The notes under the pieces are model-generated. The model saw nothing but the letters and a program-made list of their open reading frames with translations, searched no databases and was not told the origin of the DNA. DNA of 64,000 bases from Eledone cirrhosa (lineage: Eukaryota): the NCBI GenBank assembly GCA_964016885.1, contig OZ024740.1, positions 179,862,001 through 179,926,000 on the forward strand. The letters are read 5' to 3'. Both the position numbers and the translations under genes were made by a program. Of this stretch, positions 37,989 to 51,116 are shown piece after piece. Within the stretch, counting starts at the first letter, position 1, and each line of letters begins with the position of its first letter.

Positions 37989-40900
37989 CCTTGAATCTCA
38001 GTCATTGATGTTGGTTAACTGGAAAGTCCGTTGGATTGAATATCAAGCCACTACCTGCAGCCTCAGATATTCAGGACGTATCGGAGGGTTCTTGCTGTTC
38101 CAAGCAAGCATGCCTTTTGAAGCGTTCCAAAAAGCGTGAAGGAGCCGATTTTCTTCAACCATCCCTGGAAACCTTTGGAGATAGTCCCCAGTGCGCCTAT
38201 GACAATCGGGATCACTTTGACTTCATGGTAGTTCCAAATCCTTTTCACCTCCCACTTTAGGTCCTGGTATCGGTTAATTTTCTCCCTCTCCTTCTCTTGC
38301 ACTCTCGTGTCGAACGGGCAGGCCACATCCACAATCAGGCACGATCTTTTTTCTTTGTCCACAACCACCAGGTCAGGTCTATTGTGTTCCAGTTTTTTGT
38401 CCGTCTGTATCCTAAAATCCCACAGCACCTTCACCTGACTGTTCTCCATCACCGCCTCTGGCCTATGCTCATACCATTTCTCAGAATGTGGTAGATTGTT
38501 TACTTTGCACAGGTGCCAGTGGATCACCCTGCCCATCACATCGTGTCTCCAGCCCTTATAGTGGGTCTGGGCTAGGTGTTTACACTCGGACACAATGTGA
38601 GCCACAGTCTCCTCTCTCTTTCCACAGATCCTGCACAGTGGGCTAGCCTCCTCCTTGCAGATATGGTGCTTCAACCACTTCGTTTTGAGGGCCTGCTCCT
38701 GCGCAGCCATTAGCATTCCTTCTGTAGCCTTTTTGAGGTCTCCTCTTCTCAACCAGTTCCATGTCTGTGGATCTCTAAATTCAGTTTTCTCAAAGAAGGT
38801 ACTATGAAGGGATTTTCCCTTAAGGCTGCTCTTCCTCCTTGATGTTATTTCCTCCTTGGATATCCCCTGGCCTACTGTCCCCTCCTTCAGTACAGCTCTG
38901 AGCATTGGCTCCTTACTATAGGTCACGTATTTGTATAGGTTGTTTTTCTCCATCTGAACACAGTCCTCTATGCTGATAAGACCTCTTCCACCCTCAGATC
39001 TCCTTAGGTAGAGTCTATCGACATCACTCCTCTTGTGGAACATGTTGTAGGTAGTCAATAGCTTCCTAGTCTTCCTATCCATTTCTTTTTGTTCAGCAAC
39101 ATTCCATCTCAGAATTCCCGCACTGTGCCTAATAATAGACACAGCTCGGGAATTTACTGCGCTTATGGCATTTCTGCTGTTCAGATGTGACTTCAGTACG
39201 CTCCTTACTCTCCGAATGTATTCAGTTCTTAACAATTCCTTCATTTTTTTGTTCTTTATGCCATCAGCCTCCAGAACGCCCAAATACTTGTATCCTTCCT
39301 CAGAGTCAATTTCCTTTATCATCTCACCTGTTGGTATCTGGATCCCCTTACTTCTGCTCAACCTACCCCTCTTCATCACAATGACTCCACATTTACCAAT
39401 ACCAAACTGCATGCATATATCACTGCTGAAAATACGGACAGTGTCAACAAGCACATCCAACTCCTTCTCACTTTTCCCGAAGAGCTTAAGATCGTCCATG
39501 AAGAGGAGGTGATTGATGGTAAGCTCTCCCCTTCCCAACTTGTATCCTGCTCTCACTTTTCGCAGCATAATGGTCAAGGGCATCAGGGCAAGGACAAACA
39601 ACAGAGGGGACAGGCTATCTCCCTGGAAGATACCTCTCTTGATCTTCACGCTTTCCAAGGATACTCCAGTTGATGTCAACTCTGTCTCCCAGGACCCCAT
39701 ACTCCTGCCCAGCAACTGTCTGATGTTATCTGCCACCCTGAAGATCTCCAGGCTTTTGGTGATCCAGGAATGAGGCACCATGTCAAATGCCTTTCTGTAG
39801 TCTATCCATCCCATGGCAAGATCAGTGTGTCTCCTCCTGCAATTCCCCATTACCATCTTATCAATAAGCAACTGGTCCTTTGTACCACGTGACTTCTTTC
39901 GGCATCCTTTCTGTTCGTCCGGTAACAAGTTGTTTGTGTGGAGGTGATGGTAGATTTCCCCAGACACAATGCTCGTCAACAGTTTCCACATTACGGGCAG
40001 ACATGTGATAGGTCTATAGTTGGTAACATCATTACCCTTGATTCGGTCTTTCATTATCAGAACTGTGGTACCTTTTGTCAACCACTCTGTCACCTCACCC
40101 GACACCAAGCAGTCATTGAACATGGCCGTCAGCTTCGGGTGGAGGGATGTTAAATGTTTAATCCAATACCCCTGCACACCATCTGGGCCTGGTGATTTCC
40201 AGTTGGTAATTTTTGGCTTGCCCCCTAAGAGTTTCAACTGTGATACTCAAATCAGTCTGTTGCTGTGCCTGCTCACCGATCTCCCTCTGTACTGTCTCAA
40301 TCCACCCTGCCTGGGCATTGTGTCTAACATCCTGCTCCCATATTCCTCTCCAGAATGTTTTAGCTTGTTCCGCCCCAGGGATCAAGTCGTTGCCTCTTTC
40401 TTTCCCCTCAAGCTGTCCAAACAGCATCTTCTGGTTGTTGTCGAACATGCGGTTCTGTTTATACTGACTGACTCTGTTCTCGTATCGCCTGATTTTGGCA
40501 CACTTTGCTACAATGCGTTGCTTCAATTCCTCTATGATAATATTTAGCTTTTTACTCCTAGTTTTGTATTTTATTTCCAGTCTATTTTTAGTGCCTATGT
40601 TTTTTAGTGTCCCATTCAGTAGTGACTCAAGCTTTCCTATGTCATTTCTCATTTCCCCGATTTGCCCACTCAGTCGCTTCTTCCACCACGGCTCTGCTCT
40701 TTCTTGTCTGTTGTTTCCTCTCGCTTTTATACCAAGTAGTTTCCTCACCGTATTTGCTGTTGCTTTGAGGATATTGTTGCACTGGTGAAGACTCCTCGCA
40801 ACAAGGTATGGGATGACTTTGTTTACCTTAGCTGTTGTTTCTTTTAACTTTTTCCTGTCTACAAATCTTAGGTTCATAGGTCTCCCACTATCATTGTTCA

Positions 40901-42508
40901 ACTCATCTACCACTAAATTTAGGATGTCAACCGAATCTTGTCCTAGCCCGTCAGCATTCATCTCCTCAGTGGCCGTATCTCTGTTCCAGGTATTATTTAT
41001 CTCAGTATTCAGATCATTGTCTGCTTCGGGTGGTTCCTCCGTTCTCAGGACCTCCTCACCTTCATTTCGCGCCGGCTCGCTTGTCTGGCATACTACACCC
41101 GCCATCTCCAAGCCATTCTCTCTGCTCAGTTCCTCCAGTTCCAGCTCGCTTATCCACCCATTAGTTCTTATTACCCGAGCCTGCCCGGCCAATTTTTGTT
41201 CATCTAATTTAAATAAACCAATCTCGTTCCAGATGTTATGCATCCGTCTCCTGTAGCCCCTCTCCTTGGGGTTACTTTTCAGGTAGCATTGCATAACAGT
41301 TCTATTCAATTCTTTCGTCCAGTTGGTTCTGGCCCCTTTCCTTCTTATTCTTCCTCCAACATCAGCAGTATTTGGTTGACAGTCAGGTTCCTGCTGCTGA
41401 GCCAGGGGGCACCTGTTGGGTGAGAGTCTGTCACATGACGTTCTAGTCTCCATTTCACCGTTATTCGAACTGTTTATGTTCGATATTTAAACACTCTTAT
41501 CGAGGATTGGCGAATGTATGTTTACATAGCCATCTGTGGATCCGCCATCCCACTTGGCCCTTGTGTGGCATTATCACCACGCTGTATACGAACACACATA
41601 AACAAACAAACACACGGGCAGAAAGGGCCCCAAAAATGAATAAGCATAAGTTTCATTGTAATGTAGTATTCGAATGTCTGACTTAGTTTTTGTTTTTTAA
41701 GTTTTACTTTTTCCCCCCTCTTCTCTGTCCGTCCGCCTGCTTCTCTCTTCATTCTTATTTTCTTTACGTTTTGGGGGTTTCTTTTTTTTTTTTTGTTTTT
41801 CTCTGTTTGTTTTTCTCGTTTTTTGCTGTTGTTGCTGTGCTGCTTTGGTTTTGTTGTTTGTTTTTTCTTTTTTCTTTTGAGTCTATCTATATATTTTGAT
41901 GCCTTCCTCTTTGTTAGTAGTAGGAATTCTATAATGTGGAAGTGGCAGCCAGCAGAGACTGGCGGCGTTGGCGATACTGAGACAGTGGTGGTGGTGATGT
42001 CGATACCGAGGCAGTGGTGGCGGTGATGCGACCGTATTACTGTAGTGATGGTGCTGTAGCGGTGGCAGCAGCAGTGAAGGAGTCAAGGGGTGGTGGCGGC
42101 GGTGATGGGATAGTGGTGGTAATGATGGCCGTAGTGAGCGGTGGCGGTGAAGGTGAAAATGCTGTTGTGTTTAGTGTACACAGATGATAGGGTGGGTGGT
42201 GTATCTAGTTTCTGGTGTTGGTGAGTTTAGCTGTCCTATATAGTGTAGCCAGAGGAGAGGAGGGGGGGTTTCTTCTTCTTCCATTTATAGCCATTTTTTT
42301 TTTTGGATATACAGTGTACAATACAAAGTTGAATATTTGAATATTTGAGCCTTATAACAATATATTTTGGGTCCGAATTTTTTGGGGCTCAAGCCGGGTG
42401 CTTTACGTAGCATTTGTACTAAGAGTTGTTATTTCACAAATGATTTAAATATGTTAAAAATTCAAAACTTACGGGAGCGATTTCATGACCTCCGTCACCT
42501 CTTGCGTC

Positions 42509-42510
<2 letters not shown>
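37989..42510 (-). mobile_element. R4/Dong family A copy A3, near-identical to A1, essentially full length
   Basis: Collinear with 25335-30180 except for the 330 bp duplication; (TAA)n on both sides. Confidence 0.93.
38063..41453 (-). pseudogene. R4/Dong ORF split by one frameshift near 40210 (431 + 724 aa)
   Basis: A1 has agttggttagttttttggc where A3 has agttggtaatttttggc; otherwise the same protein. A sequencing indel cannot be excluded. Confidence 0.85.
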
Positions 42511-42576
<66 letters not shown>

Positions 42577-43636
42577 CATGCATGACACGGTGTATGATCA
42601 CACATTTTGATGTAGGTGACATGAAGCTTATCATGTCAACACTGGCCAAAAGAAAATAAATATTTGAAAATAAGAAAAAGAAATCTTTTTAGTTAGCCTT
42701 TGTAATATTTCAGCTTACACGACACAACTCTGTTTCTGAACTAGATTTATAAAACACAATACTTTTGACGTACACCATAGTCTAGGAAACATATATCAAT
42801 ATGATAAATGAATTAAATCACACCGACTGCATGCATATAAGGCCTGTTTTCATGTTTTTATCTAGAATGTCGTTACTTGGCAAACATATAAACAACTATA
42901 TTTTAAAGACTTAATATCCACAAATCAAACATCTGCTGAAAACTACTTCCAAGATTTTAGTATTGATAAATTACTAGCTAATCGAGACACAAAAGCAACA
43001 TATTTTTGCTGATAGTTTCATTGAAACTCTGAATAAAAGAGACGTGTTTATGCATTCATTTTTGAATGCTGTTTTAAAATAAAGAAATGATTATTGCATT
43101 ATACCATGTCTAGGATTATCAAGGATGATTAATGAAATGTTACTTAGATGTTCTATGATATGCATTCATAGTAACAGGAATTAATCTAAAGATTCTCTGA
43201 AAAGCAGATATTCGTAAGTTTTAAGGGGAGATATATGCTAATATAGCATAGACAATGAAACTAGCTGAAAAATGTACTATTGAAGACTGACAAACTAATG
43301 AGAGAGTATATTATAATAATACAAACAAAATTATATACCAGTAGTAGCCAGTTATATTTCAGATATTCATCACGAGAAAGGGAAAGAAACACATAATTAT
43401 AGTATTAACTTAGGTAGAAAATTTAATGAGATTACAACTTAGAATAAGTTTTCTGCATTCTCAAGCGGATTGTAGATCTGCAAAATTATGCTCGAGTTAG
43501 AATTCATTAAATGGCAAGATTAACTACCATTCGCGGAAACTCGGTGTCTTGCAGATTTGCCATGTTTCAAAGGTTTTTCCATATCGTAACAGGCATAGAT
43601 AAAGAAAAGAGTAGGACTGGCCGACAGACTGACAAT

Positions 43637-43704
<68 letters not shown>

Positions 43705-45133
43705 ATAAATGTAATGTGATTTTTCGAATATTAATAATAACATTCGATTCATGTGCAATTATGCAAACAAGCCTCATTTTTAAAGCCATGTTAGTAGAAT
43801 GAGCCCTTCATTCTTGCTCTTGTGTTTGCATGTAAACAGAACTGCAGACACTAATGTTTCTGGGTATCACCCTACATCAGTATCGCTCACTGTTCACCTG
43901 CCAACTGTCAGAGTTCGTGAAAATATATGCTATTTTCTAAAATATACAGTGACTGTCTGGCAGATCTGCATATTAGCAGATCCACTGATCAGTCAGATTT
44001 GCATATCAGCAGACAGTTTCCTGTATACGAGCGATAATTGGCCGGCTTTCCCCCATTCAAAAAAAAAAAATGTTCGCTCTATTTATATATATATATATAT
44101 CATTGTGAATCATAATAGTTAGTTAGAGAAAATGATTCCTCGATATTTAATGAAGGAGGTACATCATATTACATAAATCATTGACAAATCTTTTCATCAA
44201 TGCTCAAATTTCAATATGGAATACCACCAATCGTAGCAGATAAATCTCGCATGTATCATCAAGCTTCAGCCATTATGAAACCTTCATATGCTTCCAGAAA
44301 CGTGTCTTCTTGTGATGAATAATTTTGAAAACCCTTGCTTTTGAGAGAAAATATATTTTTTTGTGGAATGCATTCCCTTTTTGTCTAATATAGCATTTTG
44401 ATGCGATCGGGAAATTTTCACTCGATATCGAATCGTTTTTTTTTTGCTGCCAATTGGGCGACAGTATTGTAGCTGCTCACCATTAGTTGCGGGGTGGGGC
44501 TCCTTGTGGTGCGTAGTGGCTCTCGTGTTACATGGAAGCCATGAGGAAAGGATGAATTTTGTGCAGTGTGGGCAAAGTTTCCATTACTGTCAGATAAGAA
44601 GTTGGAAAATCTAAATATGATGGGACTAGATTTTGCACAATATTATGAAAGGGGATGGTATGATCTAAATTTCATATAAAACATTTACAGTAGACATGTT
44701 AGCCAATACGTACCTATACACGCAAAGCACACCACTTCCAATAGATAGTTGCTACAACAGCGATGCTTGTTAAGTTGGCGGGAAAGTCGATTGGATATCG
44801 AGTAAATGCATTTGATATAAAACATGTCACTCTGCGTATTTCCTCACCTTCTTCATTGGAAGTTAACTAAATACAGGAAGTTTTACTATTTTAACTTATC
44901 CAGCCATCCAGCTGAGGCCATGCTGGGGCACCGTGCTTCTTGCTTCACTTTGGCAGGCCATTGATTTAGAAGGGAGGTCGTTGCTGCTGCCCCATGGTTA
45001 TCTTCATTCCGTGCTCTGCGTTCATCTAGGATCCTGGATACCAGTGTCAAGATGTATCTCAAAAACATCCATGTCTACAGCATGCAGATATCTCAATTAT
45101 ATATATATATATGCACTCACACACACACACACA

Positions 45134-45183
<50 letters not shown>

Positions 45184-45190
<7 letters not shown>

Positions 45191-45600
45191 ATACTGGGGA
45201 ATGTCATATTGTTATAATATTGCCAGAAATAATAACAGAACATACTGTTTGGTTTGGGTTCGCTTTCGTTTCTGTATCTTTTATATCTCCATAGTTAATT
45301 TATTTGGCAATCAATGTTTATCATTGATTGACCAACGGTTAAAAATACAGATATAAATATATATATATATAGTTTATCAAATTCTTTAGTCACACATCTG
45401 CAACATCATCAGTGATAACTGTTTCCTCCCGTTGTAATGTTAAGTCTACGCCATTTTTATTTAATTTGTTTATTTATTTCTTCTTGACTCTGTCTCTGCG
45501 CATGCGTTTGCGTGTGTGTTTAATGTTTGCTGTGTGTGTTCGCGTTTGAGTCTATGTGTTTTTGGTTTAGTATTCTATGTTTGCTCACTTGTGTGTCTTT
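45184..45600 (-). mobile_element. Diverged relative of the 14974 element with a degenerate HHR (45375-45418)
   Basis: Starts tattgttatactgggga..tgtcat; minus strand tatca-CTGATGA...gtgtgac-TAAA-gaat-t-tgata; shares tctgcgcatgcg. Confidence 0.5.
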
Positions 45601-45763
45601 ATATACATATATAGCCGGTATCTGGGAGGTGTGGGGTTCTATGTTGCACAAATCCTCATAGTGGCCGATGGCAGTTCCTTTTTCCGTCTTTTAAGGTTCT
45701 TCACCCTACTTTATAAGCTATTTTAATAGCATCCCTGCGCTTCAGCACATCATGTCCGTTATA

Positions 45764-45804
<41 letters not shown>

Positions 45805-45959
45805 CTGTCATTACAACAGCAAAGCTCCGACGAGATTTTGATTCCAGTATTATTATATTTTTAGCCTCCGTCCAGCTCTACACCTCGCAACAGACGTGAA
45901 TCTAAACATCGAGTGCTCACCTGGGTGAACCTACAGTACCCTCACGTTACACTCCTCGG

Positions 45960-45984
<25 letters not shown>

Positions 45985-45991
<7 letters not shown>

Positions 45992-46342
45992 GTGAGGTTT
46001 TTTTTACAAAATGAAAAATAACCGAGGTGTCCTACACGAGTGAAAGTATAAAGAAAAGAAAATGAAATCGAAAATGCAACTGGAGTCTTATTTTTAAAAA
46101 AATATATATATTTATTTGGTTCCATTACCGGTTTCGCAGTTCTTCTGCTTTTCAAAAGTAGAGTTGAGATGGAGGGTCATGGTTTTTCTCACATCTTTGA
46201 GAAACACCACAGACCCTCCATCTCAACTCTACTTTGGAAAAGCAGAAGAACTGCGAAACCGGTAAAGGAACCAAATAAATATATATATTTTTTTAAAAAT
46301 AAGACTCCAGTTGCATTTTCGATTTCATCTTTTTTCTTTATA
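45985..46342. mobile_element. Foldback element (arms ~46048-46190 / 46198-46342) with a degenerate HHR
   Basis: Inverted arms; a-gcag-aagaa-ctgc-GAAA-ccg-GTA preceded by a decayed core; near-identical copy at 54590-55269. Confidence 0.75.
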
Positions 46343-46366
46343 TATATTATATTTATATATTTATAC

Positions 46367-46398
<32 letters not shown>

Positions 46399-46399
46399 A

Positions 46400-46501
<102 letters not shown>

Positions 46502-46958
46502 AGACATATTTAATAACATTTTCAAATACTGAAGTGTGTGGTCACGAGCTGTATTATTCATAAATGTATATTATTAAATTTTCCGATTTTGAATTTAATA
46601 CATACATTGAAAAGCTATAAAAAATACAAAACAGCTGAAAATAGGAAGAATTCATGCTTTCAAAATTTGAAATCAATACAAATATTTTGGCATAGAAATA
46701 TTTCTGAATGTTACATTTTTTCATCGTTGGATTTTACTTATTATTTTCCACTTCCCTAAACATATTTCATGTTTAGTTAGGTGTTATTTTTAAGTAAGGA
46801 CATTATTTTCTTTGTTTAATTGTTTAAACTATATTGGATATGAGAGATATTTACAATTATTACAATATTTGTTTACATGAACGTTACAAACACACACTGA
46901 CACAAACACAAATACACACACAAACACACCAGCACACAGACACACACACGCACGCACA

Positions 46959-46998
<40 letters not shown>

Positions 46999-47113
46999 TA
47001 GAACACTGTAAGGTAATATCCTGAGTGGTAGAGCACTCAGTCCATGGGACGAGTTAGGTAGAAGGTGAAACAATTGTTCTCGGCGGTATGGTGAACTAAC
47101 TGTTGTGTAACCA

Positions 47114-47153
<40 letters not shown>

Positions 47154-47157
<4 letters not shown>

Positions 47158-48282
47158 ACGTGTTGAACAGGCAACACAACAGAGACAGACCCCGTGCCAT
47201 CAATAAAACAGGAAAAAACCACCAGTGTATGGAATCTATAACTTATGAAAGGCAGGGTAGACACACAATAATTAAAAATATAAGTTAAAATGCATATACG
47301 CACCTCTATAACTATATAACTCACGCGTACAAATCCAAAGAGATGTGTTTCGCCAGGAAGTTGTTGACTGAAATGGAATAGCCTATGGTTCATCAGCGCG
47401 TGCAAGACTAAACATTCCAGCCAACTCTAAGAGAATCTAAAGCGACCGTCCAGCTACACGCGGCAGAGAGTTGTCACAGCGTGTTTAGGGCAGTGAACCA
47501 GTGGTATCTGATGGACGAGCTCCTACAAAGGGCAGCCCCAAAAATCACTCAGAGAAGTGTGCTCAACCAAACAGAGAGAGAGGAAAGACTGTTATAAGGA
47601 GCGAAATATCACGATAAATTAATGGAGCCACAGTCTCTCGGTACTCCCTGTCAACAACGTGCTCAAAGAAAAAGGAACACCGAGCTCCCCAAAGTACATG
47701 TTGAAAAGGTAACACAGCAGAGAGAGACATGGAGTAGCGAGAGACTGTGGCTCCGTTAATTTATCGTGATATTTCGCTCCTTATAACAGTCTTTCTTCTC
47801 TCTCTTTTTGGTTGAGCATACTTCTCTGAGTGGTTTTTGGGCTGCCCTTTCTAGCAGCACGTCCCTCAGAGGCCACAGATTCACTGCCCTAAACACGCTG
47901 TGACATCTCTCTCCCACGTGTAGCTGGACGGTCGCTTTAGATTATCTTAGAGTTGTCTGGAATGTATAGCCTTGCACGCGCTGATGAACAATGGGCTATT
48001 CCATTTCAGTCAAACACTTCCTGGCGAAACAGATATCTTATAGAGGTGCGTATATACATTTTAATTCATATTTTTAATTATTGTGTGTCTACCCTGCCTT
48101 CCATAGGTTATAGATTCCATACACTGGTGTTTTTTTCCTGTTTTCTTGATGGCGCGCGGTGTCACTCTCTGGTGTGTTGCCTTTTCAGCATATTGTATTT
48201 TGGGGAGCCCTGGGTTCCTTTTCCTTCGAGCACGTTGTTGACAGGGAGTAGCGAGAGTCTGTGGCTCCGTTATTTTATTGTG
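47154..48282. mobile_element. 1.1 kb inverted dimer of ~540/514 bp permuted non-coding monomers, in (TA)n
   Basis: The left arm 47154-~47730 is the reverse complement of the right arm 47731-48282; each arm repeats its own start at its end. Confidence 0.8.
47322..47402 (-). ncRNA. Complete type I hammerhead ribozyme candidate
   Basis: cacgcg-CTGATGA-accatagg...cctggc-GAAA-cacatct-cttt-ggattt-GTA-cgcgtg: 6 bp stem I, paired stem III with a tetraloop, GUA triplet. Confidence 0.75.
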
Positions 48283-48655
48283 ATATATATATACATACAT
48301 TATTTAGGCATATATGCATATATCTTTGTGAATATGTGGGTGTAAGTTTGTATGATTTCAATGAATATTTACTAGAATGGTATACAATAATCAATATTTA
48401 TTTTCTGTTGACTAAAATAGGATGAAATCTGCAAATAATAGATAATTTCAAGATAGAATCTTACGGCACACCTGGTAAAATAAAAAATATAAAAAAAAGT
48501 ACAAATTGAAATTGTTTTTTGTTTCGCTCCGTAAACGGATGCATGGATACCCGTATTCTTCTACAAGAAATGTTGATGATAGGGAGACGATATAGATGCT
48601 AAGACTTATGAAACTCAATGTTCTAGGAATCTATAAATAATGATACGTTATAAAG

Positions 48656-49335
48656 CAGGGGTCGGCAACCTTTTGGAGAGAGAGCGCCAAACAACTATGC
48701 AGTGTCATGGAGGAGGGCCATGTTATTAAATATGTAAATACATTTTCTGGAGGTTTAAAGCAAAAGAAGGAATTTAATATAATTTTATTTTACTGCAGGA
48801 ATAACAAAAAAAAAAAGAAAAAAAACTACAAACACCTTCAACAAAAAAAGAAGCAAATTCTTTATTTTACTGCAGGAATAACAGAAAAAACAACTACTAT
48901 CACAATCAACAAAAAAATAAAAGGCAAATTCATTGTTACAAACGAAATACAGTTAGAAATAGTAAATGATTTAATGAGACACTTGTTTCTGCTTATTGTG
49001 CGATAACATCTCCACACCAGGTGAAATTTTTGTCGATGACAGGAGCAAAACATCATCCACGTGGTCGTCACGCACCCTTGTTCTTAAATGATTTTTAGTA
49101 TATTTCATTTTGGAAAAAAGTTGTTCACAAGCATATGTACTTCCAAATAACGATATCATCAGTTTCGCATTAGTCAAGATGTTTTTATATTTTCCGCTTG
49201 GCAATATATAGAAGAAGTCAGCAGTTTATTGTAGAAGTCAGCAGTGGATTAGAACTGAAATTTCGATTTCAAAGATTCGTCGCACTGTAAGTCAATTAAC
49301 TCCAACTGATATTATTCTGCCACTTGCTCCACACC
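48656..49335 (-). mobile_element. hAT (Charlie/SPIN-like) DNA transposon 3' end
   Basis: TIR caggggtcggcaacctt at 48656; transposase C-terminus YQLELIDLQCD and SLFGSTYACEQLFSKMKYTKNHLRTR...QKQVSH*. Confidence 0.85.
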
Positions 49336-50720
49336 TCTTTCGTTTTGTAGTGTTGTTTAATAATTGCTTTAAGTTAAGTTTTTTTTATGTATGCTTGAAG
49401 GTTTGGTGCAGTGGAGTATGATAGCTTAACAGTCTTAGAGTTTAGAATTTTACTGTATTTATGGGAATTAGGGAAATGCTTGTGAATTAACTTAAAGTAT
49501 GACAGAGATAGTCTCGTACAATTCTAAGCCTTAAAATGGGATTATACCAGATATACTTTCTACAACGTAATTTATTTGAGTTTGGTGATTATTTTCTAAT
49601 ATTAGTATGGCTGGTGGTACTGCGTCTGTGCGCTTGTATTTCTGTACTCCGGTTACATATTCTTTGATTTTGTGTGTTGCTATGTGTGCTATGGAGATTC
49701 CTATCAATGTATTCAATTGTATCCCGGTGGTCTGCATTCCTTAATGCGTTTTTATAGTATTCCGCATGTTCACTGAAAATCTGAGAGTTAGACGTTAGGC
49801 GAGAGATTCTGAGAGAAATACTACGAGGAACCGATTTGATCATGGAAAGTGGGTGATTCGAGTTAGAATTAATATAGGTAAGGTTCTCGTTTATCTTGTG
49901 GAAGGGTCGTATCAGTCCTGTATTCAAATTAAGAGTTACGTCTAGAAAATTTACTATTTTAAGTTTGTATTCGTACGTTATTTTTAGACCCAGTTCACTA
50001 AAAGATTTCCTAATATTTTTCCGTAGCCTTTCAAGATTTTGGTTATTTAAGTTATTAACTAATCGAAGCGCGTCGTCTCTATATATTCCCCCTATAGATT
50101 ATTACATTTTCCATGTAGTATGTGGGCTATGTAAATTCCCACAAGAACCGTGACCTCCGCTGGATCATTGGAGCCCATGGTGAAGTCGAAGTTAGTGGGT
50201 CTCTCCTTACGCTCCCATTAGCAGTCATCAAACTTGATAATAGTTTTTCTAGCCTCTAGAATAATATTAATTTCCTCTTCCGTGAGATCAGAATTGACCT
50301 TGGCAAACGATAGGGCCTTATGTAAAGTACTGGGTGAGATTGAAGAGTAGTATTAGTCTATATCGAATTGTATAAACTTAGACTTACTCTCGTTCTTAAC
50401 GTTATTAAACCAGCGAATTGCTTCGCTAGTATTGCCCCATTATTTAATTTCTATTCTCTTTTTTACAATTAAGTTATTACCCTGTCAAGTATATGTTTGC
50501 TAATTTTTCCTATGTCTGATTTAGAAGGGCATATAAGTCTACTCTTAGGGTTAGAGTCAAAATTTACCTTCTGGTCCTTCAGGTTAAAGGTGGGGGTTGC
50601 GGGTATAATCGGCTCGGTTCTATCGTCTATCTTGAGATTTTTCACTACTTTATATGCTTCGTTGTTAATGTTCGTTAGTGTAGTTCACTTGTTTTTCTAT
50701 ATTTCTTATGTAGTTCCTTG
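49336..50720 (-). mobile_element. Decayed Penelope-like element, Naiad-type RT
   Basis: LKDQK..F...RLICPSKSDIGKISK, FIQFDID, FDFTMGSND.AEV..LVG, GIYRDDAL, YINSNSNHP, IWYNP, TVKLSYS; many stops and frameshifts. Confidence 0.75.
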
Positions 50721-50986
50721 CTGTTGTTATGTAGTTCCTTGCTGTTGTATGTATCGAATTCCATGGTATACACATTAGCGGTCTTATAAGGTTTTGATGA
50801 TGTCTACCTGCTTTATTATTCATTCTTTATCTACACTCCGGAATACAGAAGAATCCGAAACTGAGTTTCTTTAACTATTCTTTCACAACTCATTGAGTAA
50901 CCCCTCACAGTACGTCGACCCTATCTAGTGTAGTAATTAACCATTACTGCATTCCGGATAATCCTAAGCATTTCTTGCATAACCTA

Positions 50987-51055
<69 letters not shown>

Positions 51056-51058
<3 letters not shown>

Positions 51059-51116
51059 CGAAGGAAATGTGGTAAGGAACCAGGTGGACCATAACGCACC
51101 AAAGTACTCAATACTT
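51056..51116. mobile_element. Third copy of the 4002-4140 family terminus
   Basis: (TA)n-aacgaaggaaatgtggtaaggaaccaggtggaccataacgcaccaaagtactcaatactt is the exact reverse complement of 4081-4140. Confidence 0.8.

Noticed and set aside
25482-41423. Repeated plus-strand ORFs opposite the R4 ORFs
   Set aside because: Antisense shadows that recur only because the copies are near-identical.
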